Below, piece after piece: positions 1-13,494 of a DNA stretch of 64,000 nucleotides. The stretch's first letter is position 1, and each line of letters opens with the position of its first letter. Source of the stretch: the human T2T-CHM13v2.0 reference genome, Homo sapiens; assembly GCF_009914755.1 (NCBI RefSeq), contig NC_060929.1; one strand, given 5' to 3'. The position numbers and the translations under genes are program-made. The notes under the pieces are model-generated. The model ran no database searches. It was not told the origin of the DNA and saw only the letters and a program-made list of their open reading frames with translations.

Positions 1-185
1 GCAATATGTACAATTTCATTGTTTTGATAGAAAACTAACCAGAAATAAATGTGTACATATGTTTATCTTTATGATTAAATACAAAATATACTTATATGGA
101 AATAAGCATATATAAATATGTACAAAAATATATAAGCATATGTATTTTAAGCTTGTAAATAAGATTTTTATACACATATGTATTT

Positions 186-223
<38 letters not shown>
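186..223. repeat. (TG)11(TA)8 compound microsatellite
   Basis: Read directly from the sequence. Confidence 0.95.
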
Positions 224-224
<1 letters not shown>

Positions 225-391
225 AATAAGCATATTGGTGCCTTTAAGTGTTATGTTGGAGAAAGAAGGAGGAAACACATTTTTCTTATTGTTATATACA
301 TTTAAAACTTTACCACAAAGTGATTTTTCAGTAACTTTTTTGTTGCCCTTTTTAGTGTAGTAAACATCTCTTTTATAATCACAAATAATAG

Positions 392-424
392 TAGGTTGGT
401 GCAAAAGTAATTGTACCAACTTAA
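392..424. mobile_element. Internally deleted MADE1 (Hsmar1-derived MITE) remnant
   Basis: TAGGTTGGTGCAAAAGTAATTG matches the MADE1/Hsmar1 TIR and is joined directly to TACCAACTTAA, the tip of the opposite TIR. Confidence 0.75.
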
Positions 425-959
425 ATATAGTGGTTTCAAATGTTTTGTAAATTGTGAAATTATATTCCTATTATTAATTTCAGTAATTATATCCCTATTC
501 CATATTGTATATTACTCAGAGTTTATTAAAAATCCCCTTACAAGGTTATTATAATAATGAATGCTCATGATAATGGAAAAAATAAAAAGAAATAACCACA
601 CTAGAACATCAATACAATTCCTCAATCATAGTATATATATTTTAAAAGATAAAAATAGAGATGTCACATAAAATAATGTGTCCAAAATAATGTTAAAACA
701 TATAAACATAATCTTTAACATAGCAAGTATCCACAGCTTCAGTGTTAATCTCTTTATGTATATATAAATTTATATTAGTCACTGATAGGAACTAGAATAA
801 TTGCACACATGCAGAAAAAGCTCATGAAGGTAATATCCCAAACAGAATAGTGATTCTTTGTGGAGAGGAAGAGGGACTGGAATAAGTGGTCAAGGGCTTA
901 CTTGTCTTAACTATGATTGTGTTTAATAATAAAAGTGATTGCGAAAATTTTAACAGTTT

Positions 960-1080
960 AAAGAGGGAGATAGAAATATTTTATATTTGATTCTGGTAGT
1001 GTTCATATGACTGTTTTTGTCAGAGCTCATAGCACTATACACTAAAAAGGGTGAATTTTACTGTGCTTAAATTATAAAAC
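960..1080 (+). mobile_element. Old L1M (L1MC/ME-type) 3' end fragment
   Basis: 'TTGTCAGAGCTCATAGCACTATACACTAAAAAGGGTGAATTTTACTGTG..AAATTATA' resembles L1MC/ME termini. Confidence 0.55.
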
Positions 1081-1656
1081 AACTTTAAATAGAAACTGGA
1101 AGAATATACAGAATATTGTAAATATATGGTATTTTAAATCATAGGGCTTTAACTGTAAAATTGTTATAAAAACCCTTAAAATCTATTTTCCAAAACATAT
1201 CCTTTTATCTCATTAAAATAGACCAGATGGCACAAAAACTTAGGGATGTTTATTTATTGAAGGTTCTTTGCCTCAGCATGAGGTAATCTCACATTCAGTC
1301 CTATGTGCAATTTATGAGAACTGAATTTCATGAGAATAAAAACATGTTGAGTAATTAACAGATTATAATATTTCAGTTATTGGCTTCTATTTCTATGTAG
1401 TCCAACCTACTGTATAAAATAGGGTGCTCATTTTCTTCTACTTTTTTCCCTGGATAGCATAGGCATGGACCTTTAAATTCCCAATCAAGTTTACTTAATA
1501 TTTTCCCTATACAATAGCTGTAGATGTTGCAGACAAAGACAGGGTGAGCTTCTCAGTTGCTTTGCGAAGAGAAATAAATTGTGATTAGTAAGGTACATAA
1601 TAAATACATCTTAAAATTTAATATTAGAAGTAATATATTCTTAGCAGATACTCTCA

Positions 1657-1949
1657 TTTTTTTCTTTTTAAATTATACTTTAAGTTCTGGGGTACGTGTG
1701 CAGAACGCGCAGGTTTCTTCCATAGGTATACACATGCCGTGATGGTTTGTTGCACCCATCAACCCGTCATCTACCTTAGGTATTTCTCCTAATGCTATCC
1801 CTTCCCTAGCCCCCCCACACCCCGACAGACCCTGTTGTGTGATGTTCCCCTCCCTGTCTCCATGTGTTCTCATTGTTCAACTCCCACTTATGAGTGAGAA
1901 CATGCGGTGTTTGGTTTTCCATTCTGGTGTTAGTTTGCTGAGAATGATG
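1657..1949 (-). mobile_element. L1PA (about PA7/PA8) 3' UTR fragment, 5' truncated
   Basis: T-rich tail followed by TTATACTTTAAGTTCTGGGGTAC...CATGTGTTCTCATTGTTCAACTCCCACTTATGAGTGAGAACATGCGG, the antisense L1 3' end. Confidence 0.93.
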
Positions 1950-1989
1950 CTTAGTCAAGTATCCTTTGTCCATACGAGAGATCACCAAT

Positions 1990-2445
1990 GGCTCTAGTGG
2001 ACTGTTGCCCTATAAACTAACTGCATGTGCTTCCTATCTCAAGAAACTGAGTCTGTCAGCCTGGGTTCTTTGGCCAGATTGTTTTTCCAGCACAGGAAGG
2101 TGGCCAGAAATGCTGATGAATTAACTTACAAAGTGACCTTCAAAAAATGAAGGACAGGAGTTTGTAGATGAATACTGTAGGTATCTAACCTCTTAAGAGG
2201 CAATTCTGAGCTTTGTTTAAGTACATAGTCACTTGAATGATTCCCAAAAGGATTGGCCACAGTTGTCCATCAACTAACTGCTCACTAATGTTTTATATAT
2301 CCTGTATTATATGTTCTTCCTTTTCTGTTTCATTATCCTCCCTCACCATGCTTCCTGGGATCACTCACCACCCAAACAAAAACAAAAACAAAATTCATTC
2401 AGATCCTGTCTCAGGATTTGGTTTTGGGTGAATGTAAACCAAGAC
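1990..2445 (+). mobile_element. Old ERVL-type solo LTR (LTR16-like)
   Basis: The end 'CTTCCTGGGATCAC...CCTGTCTCAGG..AAACCAAGACA' resembles the LTR16 family terminus; highly diverged. Confidence 0.5.
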
Positions 2446-3942
2446 AGTGTACATAGAGATTTCCCAGATGCCCTTTATACATAAGAAAGACTTAGATCAT
2501 AGCAGGGTGATGTTGGATAAAGAGATGCAGAAGCTGGTATTTAGAAGTCAGACCAGCTTGAGTTGAAATGGTACAGTCAAAGGGATGTGGGTGGGAGACC
2601 AACTGTGTCTGCAACCAGGAGTGAGAGAAATTATAGCTGAATGATAATAATGAGTGCAAGGCCATGTAGCAATATTGCAATTAAATTGTAGCTGGATCAT
2701 AGTAACCATTTCTGCTTTAAATAAATTAGAGGTTAAAGCATCTCTCATTGTCAGTCATGTAGCTACACATTTACAACTGACTACTTTATAATTTTCTTCT
2801 ATTTTTATCACCTGCATTAATGTATTTCTTAGACACTGGTTTCTTTTCCTTGAAATAGATTCCAAACTAGATGAATTGTTTTTCTACTCAGTTTCTGGAC
2901 CCAAAATAAAAAAGGAATCATAGACTCTTAGAATGGTCAAGGACTTTAGAGGTCAACTATTTCAATACCTATGCATAAATATTCATACAATATGTATAGA
3001 AATTTCATTATACCATAACCTGAGATTTGAGACTAGAATATTTGAATCTCCTTTAAAAAAACTATGTTATCAATTTCCTCTGTACTTTTTGTTTCTGTTT
3101 CTGATTTTTAAAGCATGTCTAGTATATTCTGGGATATTAATCAAGAGACATAAAAAATGTGCATTAATATATTATGCATGTCTGCCAAGAACATTCAAAG
3201 AACTATACATGTACATATAAGTGATATTACTGTCAATTCATAATGAGAATTATTAATTAGACTGTAATTGTAGCTTGCCATTTCTAATCCCTTTATCTGA
3301 TTGGTTGAGAATGAAGCAGGTTAGTAGAAATGTCATATTTCTTTTAAATCAAATTCAGTATGCTTTGGACATCCATCCCACCTGTCTGCTAGAAAATTCA
3401 ATTTTAGTCATTGTTACGGCCTCCTTACATAGCTTTAACGCACCAAGCAGGCCCTTTATTCTGTTCTCTCTTATTTATGCTAGTAACTAACAGGACACTC
3501 AAAGACCAAGCTTAAAGAAGCCTTGATTTCATACACTTATTTTTTTCTTTCATATACTTGGTGCCTTAGAATATGTGGTGACCAAGAATTCAGATGCTTA
3601 GCATACAACTCTCTGTTTTCCTAAAACATCGTGCTAGAAGTCAGAGACATCACATCTGATCACTTCAAATCTGTGCATCACAGATCTCCTGCCTTCTGTC
3701 TCCCTAGGTGCTACATGGGAGTGGACTCAGGGTCTTTGCTGCTTCAGTCTCTCCCAGGCTCAGTCTTAGAGTATGCTTGTTTTCACTCATTGTTCTTCTG
3801 CCTATCCTTTCTCCAATTGGTAAAATCCCCTCCTGGGTTTCTAAAGAGAAAACGTGGCAGTTACCAGCTTTACCATATACTCAGAGTTGTGTGGTGGTCA
3901 CACTATGACTATGGTCACACTATGACCACCATTGTCATAGTG

Positions 3943-4515
3943 TGCCTCCTGATGCAATGCCAAGAATGCGTGGGCTGAGTCTGGTCATGTGGAAACATCA
4001 GACAGACATATGTTGAGGGTCATATGTATGAGGGTCTATGAGAGCATGCAGGGCCTATACTCTTTAAGACTGTCCAAGGACAGGAGAAGTAGGAGAGGGC
4101 TAACAAGCTTGAAGGAGTCTGATGAGACATGACAGCTATATGCAGTGTATATTCTTGGATGGTTTACTGGACCAAAAAGGTCAAAATGATATTGTTAGGG
4201 AACTTGGCAAAGTTTGAGTGGATAGTAGTGAGCTGGATAGTAGTGTTATGCTAATTTACTAAAGGGGAAGGATATATGTTGATATAGTATAGGGGTGTCC
4301 TTGCTTTTAGACTACACACTGGAGTATTTAGAGGTGATAGGGCATTCTGTTAGAAAAAGGACTATGTATATAGAAAGAAAGAATGAGAGGGTAATGAAAC
4401 AAATGTGGTAAAACATTAATAATTGGGCACTCTGTGTAAAGAGAATATGGAAGTCACTTGAACTATACTTGTAATTTTTTTGTAGGTTTGCTGTTATTTC
4501 AAAATTAAAAACATA
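3943..4515 (+). mobile_element. Old L1MC4/L1ME-like 3' UTR fragment
   Basis: 'TGCAGTGTATATTCTTGGATGG...TTGGCAAAGTTTGAGTGG' and the terminus 'CTATACTTGTAATTTTTTTGTAGGTTTG..ATTTCAAAATTAAAA'. Confidence 0.55.
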
Positions 4516-4629
4516 AAATTTCAAAATAATATTTTTTGCCTAAAATTTATCATTGTGTCAGGAAAATATCTTTGAACCACTCAGTTCAAATATAGTACAT
4601 TGTACTAGAAGACTACAGTAAGTGTATAA

Positions 4630-5007
<378 letters not shown>

Positions 5008-8000
5008 TAATAGTACTTAGGCTAAATCAGTGTGGTAAGTGATACTACTGGCCATTTTTTGACACTCGGAAAAAAGGCCAGGTGGTTAAAAGGAAAAGCA
5101 CAAAGCAACAACAAAGCAATAATTCTTATATACTCTTTACTTTCTTTGAAAGCAAAGTGTTTTTAATTTTAAAATTACTTGACTCTCTTTTACTGCTTTC
5201 CTCTATGTTTATTTTCTGCACAACCATTTTCTTTTTTTTTTTTTTTTTTACAATTTTCTGTATAGGCTTCTATGGGAAAAAGCTCTGTAACTGTAGTGTG
5301 TATTTATAGTTGTGAAATAGCTTTTCTTTTTCTTAGTCTTTTTGTTTATTCCCCAAAATGAGTCACTGATATTGCTCAACAGTTCTTGGGAAACAGAGGC
5401 CTGTCCCTTGTTAATGTCGTAAGTTGTCTTTTCCTGGAAATCACCAAGTGAGTAAACCAGAAGTCCAACTGGAATTAAATAAACATATCTTTCAAACCGA
5501 CAGTAATTAGCTAAGATTTTATAAGAATATCATGTATTTTTGGTTCTTTTATAGGAGTTTGTATATATCCTACTGAAGAAAAAACTTCAAACCTTTTTGT
5601 CATCTTTGTTAATATACTATTTTAAAAATACAGATTAAATCAAAATGAAAACAGTTTTTCATTTAGTACTTCCAAAACCCATATTTTGTTCAGTGTTATT
5701 TTAATGTACTTAGTTCCAGCTGTTCTTTCAAGGTCTACATAATCATGCTTGCAGCACACTTACTTTTTCTAGGGGAAGATGTATCTTTTGGCAATTTACT
5801 TAATAGTTAGTCTACAGTTTTTATTGGATCCTACTAGATTGTTCAGGTTCTTTATTAAAGGCATTCTAAATGCTAATACCTGGCATCCTTACCTGTTCCT
5901 TTTCCCCATTTTTATATTTTATCTTGCTTACCTGCCGGGTCAGAACCCAGCATTGTGTTGGTTATGAAGTTGCCTATTTAGATCTCAACAGTTTCAGTGT
6001 AGTCCAGACTGTCTGTGGCAGCCTAAGAGGAGAACTAGGAAGGAAGAAAGCTTGGAAGGAAATGGCCCTTCACTTTCTCTAGAAGGATCCTGTGGATTGG
6101 CCTTCTTCCTTGATTCTTCTCGATCTTGTCACTTTGTAGCATGTCACTTAAAAAGGTATGGGGAGCTCCCACATAGAAAAAAAAGATGCAGTTTTATTGG
6201 GAAGGAAACACATATGAGAGGTGGTCTTTTTTACCTAATAAGGTTGTGTGGTGATCATTTGGGGAGGAACTGAGCTGGAAACAAATTGGGATTTGTCTTG
6301 AGGCAGATGACATTCTGGAGGCAAGGCCTGTCCTTTCTATCTGAGGCTGTTCATATGCTCCTTTAGAGGACTCCTGCTCAGGGTAGTTACCTCAAATTTG
6401 TAGGCTCAGTTACCCTCTTTTCTTTTATTTAAAAATATGAAACACCTCCTTTATAACATATGTGGAATGCATACCTTATTTCTGTAATAGTTTTTCTCTG
6501 AAAATTTTGCTTGTCTTTAAAAAGTATCCATATCATCCCCCACCCCCAACTGTTAGTAAGATATGCAACACTGACTCTTGGAGTGAGTGTTAGGGAGGGA
6601 GGGGTTTCTCATCAGAGGGAAGGAGATGGCAACTCAGATAATGGTCATGACAAGGGGGTGTGGAGCCCTCATTATGGTGTGTGCTAGGCTGATTTTCTGT
6701 AAGTCTTTATGATAACCCACAAGACAAGCATTGTCATCTTTCCTCATAGACTAAGAAATGCGGTCCTGAGAGGTAAAGTCACATGGCAATGATGCACTTG
6801 CTCTTTCCTCTACTTGAAATGTCCTTTGGGTTCTCATGGCTGACACTTTTTCATTCATTGTTCAGGTTGCAGTTCAAATGTCACACCTTCTTTGGCTAAA
6901 CAATTCAACTTCCTCTTCAAACATACAACACTCATTATGACATTATTTCATTTCCTTTATAGGATTTTTCATGTCTTACATTTTTTGTGAGTTCCAGTAG
7001 AGAATGAAATTTGTCTGTTCCCTTTACTGTTGTATTCCCAACTTCTAGCGCCATGTATCATATAAATATAATTGGGCAAGTGAATATACCCAGGCTATTC
7101 TCGTGTAGAAAGCAGCAGAAGCCCTCTGGGAAGTGTCACAAAACTATTTCAACAGACTTACACTAGTTGCTCTGAAAATTTTTTACTGCATATACATGGG
7201 ACTCAGATTCTGAGACCACCTTGAACATTTTTTTGGACAATGTTTCCTACCCATAGATAAATCTGAGATGTGTCTGCTTTGCTCTGCAAATGAATTCTTA
7301 GCAAAATCCTGTCTGTCTGTTTGAGTTGTTCTTAAGGAACAATGTTTAATCTATTGTGACCTTGTGTAATCTATTAGTACTCTTGCCGATTAGGACATGC
7401 ACAACATCAAAGGATATTTTTATGGAAGATTATGACCAAAACAAACTGTCTGTGGCCACAAAAGGGGAATTTCTCTTAGAAACATAAACTGATTCAATAA
7501 GGGAGGAGCTGACATTTTGATTTCATTACCGTTACACTGAAAATTAATGAATTAATCAAGCACAATACCCTCCACTCTTTTCTATCACTTGTCACATTTT
7601 CCCCTGAATGAAGATGGCTGGAACAGAAATGAAGTGTCCCTGTAGATTTTCCCTTATACCCTTTTTTACTATACTTTATAAATACCCAGGATCCCTTTTT
7701 TTAACTAACAGGACTTCGAATGAACTCCTGACAGTATCTTGATATGTCCATGTGTTTGGAAAGCTGTTTTTTTCCCCCCTTAGTTTTGGGTATAGCAATG
7801 AGTAAAGAGAATAAAACTTGTTCTCTAATATTTCTGACTTTATACCAGCAAACTTTCATATTTCTCTCTCTCTCTCATCGTAAGTTTCCTTGGCATTATT
7901 GGTTCACATGTGGCTTTGCTTTAGTGTGAAGTCTGTAAATATATAAACCTCTTTTATTCTGGGGAAACCATCTTTTTATTATGTCTGGATCAACTTTCCA

Positions 8001-9254
8001 AACACTGTTTTATTAGCCAAGTTACTTCACTGAAATAAAAGTAAAGCTTTGGAGATATGAAAAAGATACCATGTACATTGAGTTGAATGGCACCTGAAAA
8101 CTGGCTGGGAGAATTTCCTGGTGAATTGGAATATGCACTTGTTAGGTAATAGGACAATACACCATAAGAAATAGAGTGACCTCTGCACAAAATTTGAAAC
8201 AAAAAAGAATGCAGAAGAATTGTTAAAATGATTCCTTTTTTATTAAAAAATCCTTTGCAATTTTCTTTCCCATAGATATGCTCTGACTTTATAATTAATT
8301 AACAAGTTGTTTACTTCATTTTTATATTGGATAAAATTATTTTTCATCTATCAGAAAGTTCTTTCCATAATTTCAAGAGTTCTGGGTGAAGTATTGCTAG
8401 TGTGACATACACTCCTGCTTGATTTATTACTGTTTATCATTTTCTTTGATTTTGATATTCAAATAAAAAAAATATTTCAAGTGAAATTTTATATAAAAAT
8501 GCATGAAGAGCTTTTATAGAATCTAAGTAAAAGCTACTTTCTTCTCATATATTTTGGTAATATTGGATAAAACGACACTATTTCTCCTATTTATAAGTTT
8601 TTTAAAAAATTCATCCTGTGTCATTTTCATTAGATTGCTTTCAGATGTCATACTTTTCTCTTTGCCACAGAAGGTTAAAGTTAACTTTCCAGACAGCAGT
8701 GGTGAAAATTAAAACTCTGTTTTTACTATCATTATGACTAATAAATTAAAAGATAAAAATGGCATAATTTTTGATTGCCAAAACACTGTATTGACATCTG
8801 TCATTCTGGTTACCTGAAATAATTTATGAAAACTACTCTTTGTATATTATAAAGCACTACATATAAAATTAGCCCTTAATTCTTTTTTAAAAATAATTTT
8901 AATTAAATTATTATTTGATATACTTTCTTCAAATGAGTTATGTAGAATCTTATAAAATTTTCTTTATTACAGTTTTTAAATTGTGGTCTCTGCTTTTAAC
9001 ACTTTTAGAATTAACATTTTTATTCCATGGATTTTGTTAAGGTTTTGTAAAATTTATTCTTTTAATGAAATTTAAAAATATAGCCTCCTTTCTTTAAGAA
9101 ATTATAAACAATGATCTGATTTTAAAAAATATATTAATAAAGATAATTTGAAAGGCAGAAAATGTAATCAGGAAGAGAAAAAAATACTGCTAATCAGAGT
9201 GACATAATACACATTTATATTAAGAGCATCTTTTTTTTCTCTTAAAAAGTCTTA

Positions 9255-9605
9255 GCATGCTCAAATGAATAAACAAATAAATTGTGGTGTATTCATACTA
9301 GGCTAATAAGAAAATGCTATATTCAACAGCGTGAAGACTCTGAAATGCATTATGCAAATAATGAATCATATAATCATATTATGTGATTTTATTTATATTC
9401 CATTCTAAAAAAGGCAGGGAAATAAATAAGATTAGTGGGTGCCAAGGGCTAGCATTATGGGAGGAGATTTGACTATAATGTGGCACAAGAAAACTTTTTA
9501 GAGTGATGAAAATACACTATTTTTTTATTTGTATGTGTTTGTCAAAATTCATAGAATTATATACTAAAAAAGTGTTAAATTTATTGTTTGTAAATTATCT
9601 TAATG
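9255..9605 (+). mobile_element. Old L1MC/L1ME 3' fragment
   Basis: 'GAATAAACAAATAAATTGTGGTGTATTCATAC', 'GATTAGTGGGTGCCAAGGGCT' and 'TTTGTCAAAATTCATAGAA'. Confidence 0.65.
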
Positions 9606-9889
9606 AACCTGACAGTGGTAAAACAAAGTTTGCTTACTTTCATGAAAGTTTCCAGAAGATAAATTTTCTTAATCAACATCCAGTAAAATAAGCTTTCTTT
9701 ATAATTAAAAAACAGCATATTGAGGAAAATCAGTGTTCTGTTAAATATACAATGTTAACTTTTAAAGTTAAAAATAACAACAGTTGGGAGGGGTGAAGGA
9801 ATGAGTATTGACTTATGTGAGGACATATTCATCATTTTAATTTTAAAAAATTATAGCATTTCATTGGCTGAGTTTAATTAGCTAGGCTG

Positions 9890-10322
9890 GAAATCTGTTT
9901 GCCCCTTCATGCCTATTTTCCACTATTTTTCTTGTGGCTTTCTGCTAAAGAAGCTGATCTGCATGGCCTGTATTAAGAGGCTCCTTTGCCCTCCAGACAG
10001 TGATAATATTGAAGAGAGGGAAGAGAGTGAGGTAAGCGAGCTTCCCCCAGTGAGGTGCATCAGAACAGCTATGTTCCTCAACTAAATGGCACTGCTCCAC
10101 CAAGCTGCCTTGGTCTATTCAACACTTTCTTTCCAAGTTCTGGTAACTTCTTCCCTTTCCAAAGTTTTTAGGTCTATTGATTTTAGCAGTTGCCTATCTT
10201 TTTTCCAGGGTTCAACACTCCCTTTTGTAGTTTCTATAGCTTTGTAGTTAGTCACTTTATTAAATCTTTCTTAAGTTATACTAACTGTGTCATTATTTCC
10301 AGCTAAGGTCCTGACTAGTATG
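9890..10322 (+). mobile_element. Old ERVL solo LTR (LTR33-like)
   Basis: 'ATCTGCATGG..GGCTCCTTTGCCCTCCAGAC' and the end 'CTTTATTAAA...GGTCCTGACTAGTA' resemble LTR33. Confidence 0.45.
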
Positions 10323-10640
10323 CCAGCCCAATTAGCATTATTAGAATGTGAGAAATAAAGAGGATAAAATAAAAGGTGTAAAAAAGAGCATAACAAGTAA
10401 AATAGAACTAGACTCTTGAATTAACAAGTGTAACTGATGCTTGTGACATTGGTTTCATAATCAAGGTAGACAACAATTCATTTAGTTATGTGGTGTGCAT
10501 TTCTCTTTGTCCATGCTTTTTGAAGTAACTACAGGGGAGCAGAGTCCATTTTTTTTTGAGATAAACCAGGAGGCATGCATTGCCATAATCTCAGACTCAC
10601 AAAACATGAACCCTAAGATATCCTCCTTCTCTTAAACCAT

Positions 10641-12781
10641 GAGGACCTGCCCTGATGACTCAGTCACCTCACACTAGGCCCCTCCTCCAACACTGGGGAT
10701 CAAAATTCAGCAGGATATTTGGGTAGGGACACAGAGCCAAACCATATCATTCCACCCCTGGTTTCTCTCAAATCTCATGTCCTTCTCACATTGCAAAACA
10801 CAATCATGCCTTGTGGCACAATCATGTCAACAGTTCCTTAAAGTCTTAAGTCATTCCAGCATTAACTCAAAAGTCCAAGTCCAAAGTCTCATCTGAGACT
10901 AGGTAACTCTCTTCCACCTATGAGCCTGTAAAATAAAAAATTAGAGATTTCCAAGATACCATGGGTTACAGGCATTGGGTAAATGCTGTCATTTCAAATG
11001 AGAGAAACTGGCCAAAACAAAGGTGCTACAGGCCCCATGCAAGTCTGAAACCCAGCAGGGCAATCATTATACCTTAAGGCTCCACAATAATTTCTTTTGA
11101 CTCCATGTCTCACATCCAGGTGACACTGATGCAAGGAGTAGGCTCCCATGGCTTTGAGCAGCTCTGGCCCTATGGATCTGCAGGGTACAGCCCCCACAGC
11201 AGCTTTCACAGACTGGTGCTTACTGCCTGTAGCTTTTCCAGGTGCATGGTGCAAGCTATTGGTGGATCCATCATTCTGGGGTCTGGAGGATGGTGGCCCT
11301 CTTCTCACAGCTCAACTAGGCAGTGCCCCAAAGGGGACTCAGTGTGGGGGCTCCGACCCCACCTTTCCCCTCCCTACTGCCCTGGTAGATGTTTTCCATG
11401 AGGGCTCTGCTCCTACAGCAGACTTCTGCCTGGACATCCAGGCATTTCCATATATCTTCTAAAATCTGAGCAGAGGCTCCCAAGCCTCAACTCTTGCCCT
11501 TTGTGCACCTGTGAAAGCCTTACACGCTTGGTGGCTGGCAGAGGGTGCAAGCTTTCACCACATGAAAGCCTTGGTGGCTTCTGGCTTGCAGCCTCTGGAG
11601 CAGCTGACTGAGACATATCTGGGGCCCTTTTAGCCATGGATGCAGCTGTAGTGGCTGGGACACAGGGAGCAGTGTCCCAAGCCTGCAAAGAGGAGCAGGG
11701 TCCTGAGCCTAGCCCCTGAAGCCATTTTTTTCCTCTTAGGCCTACAGCCTGTGATGGGAGGAGCTGCTGTGAAGTTCTCTGAAATGCCTTGGAAGCATTC
11801 TCCCCATTTTCTTGGCTATTAACATTTGGCTCTTTGTTACTCACGCAAATTTCTGCAGCAGGCTTGAATTCCTCCCCAGAAAATGACTTTTTGTTTTCTA
11901 CCACATGGTCAGGCTAAAAATTTTTCAAACTTTTATGCTCTGCTTCCTTTTTAAATCTAAGTCCAATTTCAGACCATCTCTTTGTGAACGCATATGAGTA
12001 TATGCTGTTTGAAGCAGCTGGCTCTATCTTTAATGCTTTGTTGCTTAGAAATTTCTTCCACCAGATACCGTAAATTATCTCTCTCAAGTTAGAAGTTCCA
12101 CAGATTTCTAGAGCAGGGGCACAATGCCACCAGCCTCTTCGTAGTAAGAGTGACCTTTACTCCAGTTCCCAATACATTCGTCATCTTCATCTGAGACCTT
12201 CTCAGCCTGGACTTCACTGTCCATATCATTATCAGCATTTTGGTCACAACCATTCAACAAGTCTCTAGGAAGTTTCAAACTTCCCCTCATTTTCCTGTCT
12301 TCTGAGACCTCCAAACTTCCAACCTCTGCCCATTACCCAGTTCCAAAGTCACATCCACATTTTCAGGTATCTTTACAGCAATGCGCTACTTCTCTGTGAC
12401 CAATTTTCTGGATTAGCCAGTTCTCACACTGCTAGAAAGACATTCCTGAGACTGTGTAATTTATAAAGAAAATAAGCTTAATCAGCTCATAGTTCTATGG
12501 GCTGTACAGGCTTCTGCTTCTAGAAGCTTACATCATGGCAGAAGGCAAAGGGGAAGTAGGCACATGTTCACATAGCCAGCAGGAAGGGTAGGGGACAGGT
12601 GCTATGCACTTTTAAACAACCAGACTTTGTGAGCTCTATCTTGAGAACAGCAAGAGGGATGGTACTAAACCATTAAGAACTACCCCATGATTCAGTCATC
12701 TTCCACCGGGCCCCTCCTTCAATACTGGGGATCACAACTTGGCAGGAGATTTGGATGGAGACACAGAACCACACCATATCA
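10641..12781 (-). mobile_element. MST-type MaLR (MSTA-like): 5' LTR 12409-12781, internal region 10750-12408, truncated 3' LTR 10641-10749
   Basis: Both LTR copies end in ...ACCATATCA on + (TGATATGG on -) and share CCCCTCC..ACTGGGGATCA. The internal region gives typical decayed MaLR ORF pieces such as 'MVENKKSFSGEEFKPAAEIC'. Confidence 0.92.
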
Positions 12782-12814
12782 TCCCGTCTCATTTCTCTCT
12801 GTAGGTAATCATTA

Positions 12815-12930
12815 TAATGTAGTTAATTCATCTTCATTTTACAGATGTAGAAAAGGAGGCTCAGATCACACAGCAAATTATTGGCAGAAATTAATTCAGA
12901 CTCAATTTTCTTGTACTCCAAAAACCATAT
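12815..12930 (-). mobile_element. MIR fragment
   Basis: MIR core 'CATTTTACAGATGTAGAAAAGGAGGCTCAGA'. Confidence 0.6.
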
Positions 12931-13220
12931 GGTATAGCCTCCTGTAGCTGCTTTAATTTTACCATCAGAAAGAGGGAATCAAATTTATATACATTTTTCC
13001 ATAGCACTTCTAAACATTTGATATTAATGCAAACCCAAAAATGCAAGTCTTAATATGTCATGTTATCCTCTGAATTGAAAAAGATATACAACAGAAGTTA
13101 CTAAAGGCTGAGTCATGTTAGGATAGTTTAACTTTATTTGGAAGTAAAATGAACTCTAGAGTTCCTTCTAGAACTTCCATTCTGAACTTGCAGACTATGA
13201 TTAAGAACATTTCTGTTGTG

Positions 13221-13489
13221 AGAAAATCAAATACTACATGTTCTCACTTATAAGTGTGAGCTAAATGAAGAGAACACATGGACATATAGACAGGAACAAC
13301 ACACACCAGGGCCGTTTGGAGGGTGGAGTGTGGGAGGAGGGAGAGAATCAGGAAAAATAACTAATGGTTACTAGGCTTAATACCTGGGTGATAAAATAAT
13401 CTGTACAACAAATCCCCATGACACAGGTTTACCTATATAACAAACCTGTATGTGTAACCCTGAGCTTAAAATGAAAGTAAAAAAAAAAA
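13221..13489 (+). mobile_element. Older L1PA (about PA13-16) 3' end; its tail hosts the SVA
   Basis: 'CATGTTCTCACTTATAAGTG...GGAAAAATAACTAATGG..AGGCTTAATACCTGGGTGA..CCCCATGACACA' followed by an A tail. Confidence 0.9.
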
Positions 13490-13494
13490 GGTAA

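Noticed and set aside
10994-12314. Several 68-163 aa ORFs
   Set aside because: They are decayed MaLR internal sequence, not host genes.
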